Of a stretch of DNA of 64,000 nt, positions 38,685 to 46,700 are shown piece after piece. The notes under the pieces are model-generated. The model searched no databases. It saw only the letters and a program-made list of their open reading frames with translations, and was not told where the DNA came from. Position 1 is the first letter of the stretch. Every line of letters starts with the position of its first letter. Where the stretch lies: assembly GCA_035063585.1 (NCBI GenBank), contig JAPSGB010000021.1, positions 18,696 through 82,695 of the forward strand, read 5' to 3'. Origin of the DNA: Polyangiaceae bacterium (lineage in GTDB: Bacteria; Myxococcota_A; Polyangia; Polyangiales; Polyangiaceae). The position numbers and the translations under genes are program-made.

Positions 38685-39907
38685 TCGGAGCGGCATCATC
38701 GGAGCCGCCGCTCCACGCGGCCGCCGAGGCGGTGCTCACGTTCCTCGAGAGCGTCGGGCGCCGCTCGGAGGCGGAGCTCTATCTCAAGCTCTTTCGTCAG
38801 CTTCCGAAGGAGAGCTTCGCCGTCATCGCGGCCGACGCAGGCGTCGTCCGTCACGCGCTCGGCTCGCTCACCGAGCAGCTGCGGTTCCTCGCGGACCTCG
38901 GGCTCTATGCTCCAGTGGTGCTCGGCCTGTTCGATCCGGACGCCGCCGAGCGCGGCGCCTCACGCCTGGCGCGACGTCTCCCCACGGTCGGGCTCGAGCC
39001 GTGTGTCCACGACGCGGACGCCGAGCAGGTGATCGCAGAGCTCCGCGAAGAGCTCCGCTCCGAGCGCGTGCCGCTCGTGCGGTTCCGGCCCAACCCCGGC
39101 GTGTCGCTGGCGTCCCGCTTCGCGCGGCTCGGTGCCATCACGCAGGCGCTCGACGCGCGCAAGCTCGTCCTCCTGCGCCGGCGCGGTGGCCTCGGTCCGC
39201 GCGGCGAGGGGAGGCTCGAGCTCCCCGGTGGGCTCGAGCTCGGTCGTCACTCTGGCGGGATCTCCCTCATCAACCTGCGCTCGGACTACGCCGTCATGCA
39301 GGACGCCAAGCTCCTCAAGAGGGACGAGGCGCTCCTGCTCGAGCGCTTGCGAGAGCTACTCCTCGACTCCGCGCCGCGTCTCCTGGTCAGCGTGACCTCG
39401 CCGCTCAATCTCTTGACGGAGCTCTTCACGGTGCGCGGTGCCGGCACGCTGGTGAAGGCTGGCGCGCCCATCGGTCGGTACGAGAGCTATGAGGAGGTCG
39501 ATCGCGCGCGGCTCCGGGCGCTCCTCGAGTCGAGCTTCGGTCGGCGCCTGAGCGGCCAATTCTTCGAGCGGCGGCCGCTGGCGATCTACCTCGACGCGGA
39601 CTACCGGGGAGCCGCCATCCTCGAGCCGTCCCCCGTGGGCGCGTTCCTGACCAAGTTCGCGGTCGAGCCCATCGCGCAGGGCGAGGGGCTCGCGCGCGAT
39701 CTCTGGCAAGCGTTGACCCGTGAGCATCCCGCGGTCTTCTGGCGCGCCCGTCGCGACAACCCGATCAACGGCTGGTACACGTCGCTCGCAGACGGGATGG
39801 TGCGCGTCTCGGAGTGGCAGGTGTTCTGGCGCCGGCTCGACCCCGCCCAGGTGCCGGCCATCGTGGTCGAGGCCGAGGGGCGCCCGCGGGATTTCGAGCC
39901 GGGCTGA
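38657..39907 (+). CDS. N-acetylglutamate synthase, NAGS/K-like (degenerate AAK domain + DUF619 NAT domain)
   Basis: E.ELYLK.F..FAVI, ELFTVRGAGT, KFAV..AQGEGL..DLW, FWR.R.DNPIN.WY..ADG; start uncertain. Confidence 0.8.
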   Translation: MPSGTLHELIGAASSEPPLHAAAEAVLTFLESVGRRSEAELYLKLFRQLPKESFAVIAADAGVVRHALGSLTEQLRFLADLGLYAPVVLGLFDPDAAERGASRLARRLPTVGLEPCVHDADAEQVIAELREELRSERVPLVRFRPNPGVSLASRFARLGAITQALDARKLVLLRRRGGLGPRGEGRLELPGGLELGRHSGGISLINLRSDYAVMQDAKLLKRDEALLLERLRELLLDSAPRLLVSVTSPLNLLTELFTVRGAGTLVKAGAPIGRYESYEEVDRARLRALLESSFGRRLSGQFFERRPLAIYLDADYRGAAILEPSPVGAFLTKFAVEPIAQGEGLARDLWQALTREHPAVFWRARRDNPINGWYTSLADGMVRVSEWQVFWRRLDPAQVPAIVVEAEGRPRDFEPG

Positions 39908-39915
39908 GCGCCGCC

Positions 39916-42249
39916 TTACCGTCCGAGCGCCTCGGCGCGGTTCACGATGCGGGGCGTGAGGAAGATGACGAGCTCGCTCCGAGTGTCGCTCGCGCGGCGG
40001 CGCTGGAAGAGCAGCCCGATGAGCGGGATGTCCCCGAAGAACGGGACCTCGTTCAGGTTCCGGCCGGTGTTGCGGGTGAAGATCCCGCCGATGACCGCCG
40101 TGTGACCGTCCATCACGAGGAGGTCCGTCTCCGCCTCGCGCTTCAAGATGGTCGGATCGCCGCGCGCGGAGGTCTGGTTGAAATCGGGCTCGTCGCGGTT
40201 GATCTTGACGTGCATGCTGATGCTGCCGTCGGCGGTGACGTGCGGCTTCACCAGGAGCTGGAGCTTGGCCTCCTGGAAGGTCGTCTGCACGCCCTGCGCG
40301 CTGATCTGCGAGAACGGAATCAGAGTTCCTTGAGCGATTCGCGCCTCGCGGTTATCGAGCGTCAAGATCCGCGGGCTCGAAAGGATGCGGAGTAGGCCGC
40401 TCGACTCGGCCGCGGAGAGGCGCACCGCGAGGTTGATGGTGCTGTCGACGGACCCGAAGGTCAGGCCGAGCGCGCCACCTTGCCCGGTGCCGACCGCCGC
40501 GGGCAGGTTCACCGCGAAGTTCGGGTTCGGCACCGTGTTCGTGAACGGGCTGAGACCAGCGGTCGGCGCCTGGGAGTCGCTCGCGCCACCGACGATGCCG
40601 ACCGAGTTCGGAAACGCGAGCCCGGTCGGGTTTCCGGTCGATCCGGCGAAGGTCGCGTCTCCACCCCACTGGATACCGACGTCGTGCAGGTAGCTGCTGG
40701 TCGCCTCGACGATGCGCGCCTCGACCAGCACCTGCGGCGTCTGGGTGTCGAGTGAGCGGGTGAGCTCCTCGATTTGGTTCAGGTTACCCGCCACGTCGCG
40801 GACGATCATCACGTTGGTGCGCTCGTCCACCGCGATCGAGCCGCGCTCCGACAGCAGATCCCGCGCGCGCTGCTGGATGTCGGACGCCTGCGCGTAGCTC
40901 ACCGGGATGAGCCGCGTCTCGAGCGGCGCGAGCTGGAGCTCCTGCTTGCGACGCGCGATGGCCATTTCGCGCTCCTTCTCGAGCTCGTCGAGCGGCGCCA
41001 CTCGGATCATGTTGGCTTGCCGGACCATGCCGAGCTTCTTCGACTGCAGCACGACGTCGAGCGCCTCGTCCCAAGGCACGTTCCGCATGCGGATGGTGAC
41101 CGAGCCGGAGACGTTGTCCGCGGTGACGATGTTCACCCGGCCGACGTCCGCCAGCAGCCGGAGGACGTTGTGGACGTCAGCGTCCTTCAGGTCGAGATCG
41201 ATGCGGCGGCCCGTATAGCGCCCACGCTGCTGCCCCAGGAGGGTCGGCGTGAAGGCGTCCGCCCGATCGGGGTCCGCCGTCTGCTCCACCGCGGCGTCCT
41301 CGTATCCGGTGCGGACCGCCGGGATGTCCGATAGCGGCGCGTCCACATGCACGGTTCGCGTTCGGCGCGCGACGCCGCCATCGCTGCCGACCCCGGTCAT
41401 CGAGGAGGGGAGGCTCCCCGGACGGTACAGGGACCACACGAGCGTGCTCCCCTGTCGGGACACGCGGCTCGCGATCTTGCCCTCCCCCTCCGCCTCGATG
41501 ATGACCTCGTCCTTCTGCTGAGTGCTCCCGTACGACGAGACGCTCCGGACCGTGCCGCGGAAGGCGCTCACGTCCAAGGTGCGGGTCAGCGCCGGCGGAA
41601 GTCGCGCACCCGAGAGCACCAGCGTCGCGCGCCCGTCCGCGCTGGTCGAGATTCGATGGCGGGTGCTCGAGGAGAGCTCGATATAGACCCGGTCCTCGGC
41701 GCCGGTCCGGTCGAAGCGAACGTCGAGGACGCGCACCGGCCCCTCGGCAGTGGTCGCTCCGCGCTGAGCGCTCGGGCTGGGCGCGCCGTCGCTCGGGCCG
41801 GTGCGCCCCGGGGTGAGGGTGATGACCAGTCGGGTGCCATCGACGCGTACGCCATACTTGGCGTCAGCGAGCAGGTTGACGAGCAGTCGGGTGGTCTTCC
41901 CCTGGGCGGTCTGGAACGTCTGTGCCATCACCCCGCCCACCACACCCTCTCGCTGGGTGAGCGCGCTCGGGGCTCCCTTGAGGTCGGCGCCGGGAATGTC
42001 GACCATCAAGCGACGGCCGCCTCGGTCGAGTCGGGCGGTGAACACCGGCGCCGCGGTGAAGTCGACGACGACTCGGGTCGAGCCATCTCGGTCGCTCGCC
42101 GCGCGAATGCCGGTGGCGTGGAGGCCCGGCGTGCCCTCGGCGGCCAGAGCCCGACCGGTCACGCCGAGGGCGGTCAGGAGCGCCAGCGCGGAGGCTAGCG
42201 CCAAGTGGCGGGGGCGGGGGCGAGGTACCCGGTGCGAGGTCCGGCTCAT
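39916..42249 (-). CDS. pilQ: Type IV pilus secretin PilQ
   Basis: AMIN-like N-terminus; YTGRRIDLD, VPWDEALD, DERTN, QVLVEARIVE, IPLIGLLF, ELVIFLTPRI. Confidence 0.95.
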   Translation of the reverse strand: MSRTSHRVPRPRPRHLALASALALLTALGVTGRALAAEGTPGLHATGIRAASDRDGSTRVVVDFTAAPVFTARLDRGGRRLMVDIPGADLKGAPSALTQREGVVGGVMAQTFQTAQGKTTRLLVNLLADAKYGVRVDGTRLVITLTPGRTGPSDGAPSPSAQRGATTAEGPVRVLDVRFDRTGAEDRVYIELSSSTRHRISTSADGRATLVLSGARLPPALTRTLDVSAFRGTVRSVSSYGSTQQKDEVIIEAEGEGKIASRVSRQGSTLVWSLYRPGSLPSSMTGVGSDGGVARRTRTVHVDAPLSDIPAVRTGYEDAAVEQTADPDRADAFTPTLLGQQRGRYTGRRIDLDLKDADVHNVLRLLADVGRVNIVTADNVSGSVTIRMRNVPWDEALDVVLQSKKLGMVRQANMIRVAPLDELEKEREMAIARRKQELQLAPLETRLIPVSYAQASDIQQRARDLLSERGSIAVDERTNVMIVRDVAGNLNQIEELTRSLDTQTPQVLVEARIVEATSSYLHDVGIQWGGDATFAGSTGNPTGLAFPNSVGIVGGASDSQAPTAGLSPFTNTVPNPNFAVNLPAAVGTGQGGALGLTFGSVDSTINLAVRLSAAESSGLLRILSSPRILTLDNREARIAQGTLIPFSQISAQGVQTTFQEAKLQLLVKPHVTADGSISMHVKINRDEPDFNQTSARGDPTILKREAETDLLVMDGHTAVIGGIFTRNTGRNLNEVPFFGDIPLIGLLFQRRRASDTRSELVIFLTPRIVNRAEALGR

Positions 42250-42425
42250 GGTGGCTCCGATCATCGGTCTGTGTGGGAACTCGAGGCTTCCGCGCAGATC
42301 CTTCTGCGATGACAAAGCGTATCCTGTCGAGATCGACGCGAACAAATTACGGGCGCTTCTTCGGGGCGACCGCCCCGCGCTCGAGCGCGAACGTGACGCC
42401 CGGCCGTTCGCTCCTCGGCCGCGGC

Positions 42426-43079
42426 TCAGGGGGTCGCGCCCGGCGCGCCGGCGGTTCCGTCGAGGGTCGCCGGGGCTCCCTCCGCCGTGGAGGCCGCTTC
42501 ATTGGCAGGGCGCAGCGGGATCACGCGGGTTGCGGTTGGCACGTCGGGGTTGGCGGGGTCCTCGCGCACCAGCACGATGTCGGTCGGGCGGATGCTGTCG
42601 ATGCGCCAGTTCACTTCATAGGAGGCGCTGCTCGCGCCAGGCCCTTGCACGACGTCGGGGCGACCCACGAACTGCCCTCGGCGCACCACGTAGCCCTTGC
42701 CGGTCGGATCGACGAGCATCGCGACGGCTGGGTGCACCCGGGTCACGATGCCGATGAGCTTCAGCTCATCGAGGGAGTACTGCCTCAAGACGACCGGTTT
42801 CTCGCTACCGTGGGACCGGCTCTTGGCCTCGTCGGCGAACGTCGACGCGTAGGAGCGGAACGGATCTCGGCTGCGGTCGTTCTCCGTGAAGTCCGTCTCC
42901 TGGAAGGAGACGGCCGGGGCGCCCCCATCGGTTCCGCCGTCGGTCGCCGCGGCCTTGCGGTCGACGGTCTGAGGGGTCTCGTCGAGGCGCGTCGGCTGAG
43001 CGATCTTCTCCGAGCAGGCGACGGCGAGCGATGCCGTCACCACGGCCGCGAGCGCAGAGGTCATTCGGCGTCCCATCAC
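42426..43079 (-). CDS. pilP: Type IV pilus lipoprotein PilP
   Basis: Lipobox AVAC; RDPF, L..YSLDELKLIGI, AMLVDPTGKGY.V.RG. Confidence 0.88.
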   Translation of the reverse strand: MMGRRMTSALAAVVTASLAVACSEKIAQPTRLDETPQTVDRKAAATDGGTDGGAPAVSFQETDFTENDRSRDPFRSYASTFADEAKSRSHGSEKPVVLRQYSLDELKLIGIVTRVHPAVAMLVDPTGKGYVVRRGQFVGRPDVVQGPGASSASYEVNWRIDSIRPTDIVLVREDPANPDVPTATRVIPLRPANEAASTAEGAPATLDGTAGAPGATP

Positions 43080-43690
43080 TTGGCCCCTCCCGCGCTGGCG
43101 CCGCGAGCGTCGGTCTTGGATGCGGTCTCGAGCAGACGGAAGGCGGTGGCCAGCACCTCGACCTTGACGTCGATCTCGTCACCGTTCACGGTCGGATCGC
43201 TGATGGAGATGTTCTCCATGTTGATGATTCGGTCGAGCTGCCCGACGTTGTAGAAGAACTTGGCGACCTGGTGGAAGCGGCCGCGGAGCTCGAGCCTCAT
43301 CGGCACTCGCGCGTAGAACTGCTCCGGGACCTCATCCTGCGGTGTCCACGCCGTCAGGCTGACGGCCGCGATGTTGGCGGCGTTCTGGATCGAGCTCAGG
43401 AACGCTGGGTAATCGCTCGAGGTGGGGAGCTTCTTCACCAGCTCCGGCAGGCGCTGCTCGCGGTCGGCGAGCTCGGCGAGATCCTGGTGATAGGCGAACT
43501 CGTTCTTGCGCGCGTCGGTGAGTTCCTGGTGGAGCGAGCGCTCCTGCCCCTGCGCCGCCTTGATCCGACTCGCGATGTCCCCGAAGAAGACCACGTAATA
43601 GGCGACGCCGATCAAGCCGACGAGGCCGACGATGATCCCGGCCTTCGCGAAGATCGGTAGTCGGGAGAGGCTCGAGTCACCGGCAGCCAT
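43076..43690 (-). CDS. pilO: Type IV pilus protein PilO
   Basis: N-terminal TM, coiled coil, KLP, FYARVP, G.FH.V..F...LDRIIN; synteny. Confidence 0.92.
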   Translation of the reverse strand: MAAGDSSLSRLPIFAKAGIIVGLVGLIGVAYYVVFFGDIASRIKAAQGQERSLHQELTDARKNEFAYHQDLAELADREQRLPELVKKLPTSSDYPAFLSSIQNAANIAAVSLTAWTPQDEVPEQFYARVPMRLELRGRFHQVAKFFYNVGQLDRIINMENISISDPTVNGDEIDVKVEVLATAFRLLETASKTDARGASAGGAK

Positions 43691-43691
43691 C

Positions 43692-44330
43692 TCAGTACCT
43701 CACCTTCGCTTCGAGCTGGAAGTTGACCACATCGAGCCCGCTCGCGCTGTCGTGCTGCTTCTTCGCGGGCAAGAGCCTGACGTCGTAGAAATAGCTCGAC
43801 ATCGTCATACGTTTCGCGAACTCGCTCACGTCTTCTCCGTCGCGAGCTATCCCCTCGAGTCGGACCTGCCGGTTGTCCTCGACGAACTTGGTCAGCCAGA
43901 GGCGCCGCGCGTCCCAACTCGGGTTATAGGCCGCCTGAGGATTCTCACGGCGCACCTTGTTCAGCTCCTCGGGGTCCACCGTCGGGCCGCGGCCGGAGGT
44001 GAGCAGGCGGGACAGCTCGAGCAACATCGCCGTCGGACCGGTGCGAGCGACCTGCAGCTTGTCGATCGCTGCCTCGCGGGAGCGGAGCTCCGCGAGCTGC
44101 TCCTTGACTCGCTGGTGGTCCGACACCGCCGACCTCGACTTGGAGATCTGGGCGTTCAAGGCGTCGTTCTTCTTCTTCTGTTCCGTGAGCTCTTCGCCCT
44201 TGATGCCGTGGAACACGAAGAGCGCGGCGACCTCGGCGATCATCGTGACCAGGAGGACGACCAGCCAGAGCTGGCTGGCTCGGGCAGCCTCGGCGCGCTT
44301 CTTTTGGGGGAGGAGGTTGACGCGAATCAC
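43692..44330 (-). CDS. pilN: Type IV pilus protein PilN
   Basis: MIRVNLLP motif, TM helix, coiled coil; synteny. Confidence 0.92.
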   Translation of the reverse strand: MIRVNLLPQKKRAEAARASQLWLVVLLVTMIAEVAALFVFHGIKGEELTEQKKKNDALNAQISKSRSAVSDHQRVKEQLAELRSREAAIDKLQVARTGPTAMLLELSRLLTSGRGPTVDPEELNKVRRENPQAAYNPSWDARRLWLTKFVEDNRQVRLEGIARDGEDVSEFAKRMTMSSYFYDVRLLPAKKQHDSASGLDVVNFQLEAKVRY

Positions 44331-45391
44331 GTTCGGCGCTCCTTCTCGTGACGAAGCGCGAGCCCAGACGCCACCGCGAGCTGCGCCACGCGAGCGCGGA
44401 GCAAGTTGGGATCCACGCTGCTGTCGATGCCGAGACGCTCGGTGGACGCCCAGGCCTCGACCGGGACGCGAGCGCGCCGCTCGACGGCCTGGCCGAGCGA
44501 GGCGAGGTTGGCGGTGCCGCCGGTGATGAAGATACGAGAGATCTCGCCCTCCCCGCTGGTCGCCATGAAAAAGTCCAGGCTTCGCTGGATCTCAGCCGCG
44601 ATCGCGTCGGTGACGGCCTCGATGACCTGCACCACCTGCTGAGGGACCATGCTCGGCTGGGTTGGGTCGCCGCCACCACCGCACTTGTAGATCTCGGCCT
44701 GATCGAACGGGATCGAGAGCTGCTTCTGGATCTCTTCGGTGATGATGTTGCCGCCGCTCGCGATCTCTCGGGTGAACGAGCTCACTCCGTTGGCGATGAT
44801 GTTGAGGGAAGACAGGCTCGCCCCCACGTTGATGAGCGCGATGGTCTGGTCGGGGGGCAGCCCCCGCGAGGCCTCGAACATGTTCTGGATGGTGAAGGCG
44901 TCGATGTCACACACGATGGGTCGCAGCTTCGCGTCGCGCGCGAGCTGGGCATAGTCATTGATCTGGTCCCGCTTCGCGGCGACGAGCAGCAGATCCATCT
45001 GGCTTACCTCGGGGCGCCGGCGAAGCACCTGGTAGTCGATTTGCACATCCTTGATGTCGAACGGGATGTGCTGTTCGGCTTCCCACTGGATTTGCTCGGC
45101 GAGCTCCTCGGCCGTCATCATCGGCACGGTGATCTTGCGGATGATGACGCTCTGACCGGAGACGCTCAGCGCGATCTCCTTCTGCTTGATCCGAGCGTCG
45201 CGGAAGACTCGGGCCAAGGCTTCGGTGACGTTGCCGGCGTCCATGATTTGGCCGTCGACGATCGTCTGCGGAGGTAGTGGGAGGAAGCCCAGCCGAAAGA
45301 GCGTGCTCCCGCGACGGCCTTCCTTGAGCTGGCAGACCTTGATGGAGCTGCTCCCGATGTCGACCCCGACCAGGTTATTTCCTTCGCCCAT
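44327..45391 (-). CDS. pilM: Type IV pilus protein PilM
   Basis: VGVDIGSSSIK, EAEQHIPF, INVGAS, EIQRSLDFF, TGGTA, GLALR. Confidence 0.95.
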   Translation of the reverse strand: MGEGNNLVGVDIGSSSIKVCQLKEGRRGSTLFRLGFLPLPPQTIVDGQIMDAGNVTEALARVFRDARIKQKEIALSVSGQSVIIRKITVPMMTAEELAEQIQWEAEQHIPFDIKDVQIDYQVLRRRPEVSQMDLLLVAAKRDQINDYAQLARDAKLRPIVCDIDAFTIQNMFEASRGLPPDQTIALINVGASLSSLNIIANGVSSFTREIASGGNIITEEIQKQLSIPFDQAEIYKCGGGGDPTQPSMVPQQVVQVIEAVTDAIAAEIQRSLDFFMATSGEGEISRIFITGGTANLASLGQAVERRARVPVEAWASTERLGIDSSVDPNLLRARVAQLAVASGLALRHEKERRT

Positions 45392-45448
45392 GGTGCCTCG
45401 TGAGCCACGCGGACACGACCTACCCGCGTACAAAACACTGGCACCCTC

Positions 45449-45464
45449 GCGCGCTAGATGCCAA
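45449..45464 (-). promoter_or_regulatory. Candidate sigma54 -24/-12 promoter for pilMNOPQ
   Basis: Minus strand TTGGCATCTAGCGCGC: GG-N10-GC spacing, 58 bp upstream of pilM ATG; lacks the TT before GC. Confidence 0.4.
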
Positions 45465-45533
45465 GAAACGTAACTCTTGTCACGTTTTCTTGCCCGCACG
45501 GACGAAAACCAAGCGATAAGGTTCGGGTCCCCA

Positions 45534-46667
45534 ATGTCTCGTAGGTTCGCGGTGTTGATGGCCGTCGGGGCTCTGCTCGCGGCTTCTCCAGCGGGAGCGG
45601 CCGGCACGGCGCGTCGCCCCGCCAAGCCGCGCATCCACGTGGTGCAGCCAGGTCAGACGCCCGCGATGATCGCGAAGCGTTACCAGATCTCGGTCGGCGC
45701 GCTCCTCCACGCCAACGACATCCGCCACAGTCGCGAGCTCAAGCCGAAGCAACGCATCATCGTCCCCGCCCGGTCGGACAAAGACGGCAGCGAGGCGCGG
45801 GCGCTCCACGACGCCGGAGCCGCCGAACCGCGGACCGAGCCGGCGGCGGTTCGTGGCCCGACGGAGGGCGCTCCGCCGCCCGGTTCGAAGGCTGGCGCCC
45901 GAGCATCGTCGGCGTCGCCACGCAAGGCCGACGGGAGCCGGGGATCGCGGCCGGCCGACTACGCGCGCAAGCCGCCTCGGGCCGGCTTCGTCGCCCTCAC
46001 GAGCACGGTTGGCCGCTGGAGCGGCTTCGCGGTCCGCAAGGGCAAGGTCCAGGCGGCGGCGGAGCGAAACATCAGCCGCGTGCTGGCGTCCTGGCGGGAC
46101 GGCCGGAAGCACGACATCGCGGACCGGTTGATCCTCAACATCGTCGCGGTGAGCGATCATTTCGGCGGCCGCCCACTCCGGGTGGTGAGCGGCTTCCGCC
46201 CCTACTCGCCCAGCCAATACACCCCGGATTCCCGCCACAACCTGGGCCACGCCATCGACCTCACCATTCCCGGCGTGCCCAACGCGGTGCTCCGCGATTT
46301 CTGCCGGACGCTGCCCAAGACGGGCTGCGGCTACTACCCGAATTCCAGCTTCGTCCACATGGACGTCCGCGATACGAGCGCTTATTGGGTGGATTTTGCC
46401 GGTCCCGGTGAGCCTCCGCGTTACGCGACCGCGGCGGGCACCGATCCGGGCCGCTCGAGCCCTCCCGCCGACAGAGGAGCGAGCGCGACGGAGCGCGAGC
46501 GCAGCGCCAGTGACCCGTCCGAGGCTGAGCACGAGGACGGCGCCGAGTCCTCGGAGCGGGCCCGACCCCCGGCCGACTCCGCACCGGCGGAGCCGGGTGA
46601 AGCGGGCCAGACCACCGGAGCCTCCGCCTCGAGAGAGCGTAAAACACCAGCACATCCGGACGGTTAG
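45534..46667 (+). CDS. LysM + DUF882/peptidase M15 (YcbK-like) protein
   Basis: Signal peptide; HVVQPGQT..IAKRY LysM; VSGFR, SRHNLGHAID, GYYP..FVHMDVR. Confidence 0.88.
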   Translation: MSRRFAVLMAVGALLAASPAGAAGTARRPAKPRIHVVQPGQTPAMIAKRYQISVGALLHANDIRHSRELKPKQRIIVPARSDKDGSEARALHDAGAAEPRTEPAAVRGPTEGAPPPGSKAGARASSASPRKADGSRGSRPADYARKPPRAGFVALTSTVGRWSGFAVRKGKVQAAAERNISRVLASWRDGRKHDIADRLILNIVAVSDHFGGRPLRVVSGFRPYSPSQYTPDSRHNLGHAIDLTIPGVPNAVLRDFCRTLPKTGCGYYPNSSFVHMDVRDTSAYWVDFAGPGEPPRYATAAGTDPGRSSPPADRGASATERERSASDPSEAEHEDGAESSERARPPADSAPAEPGEAGQTTGASASRERKTPAHPDG

Positions 46668-46700
46668 TCCGATTTTCCCGAGGCCGCCGAGGGTCGCGGC

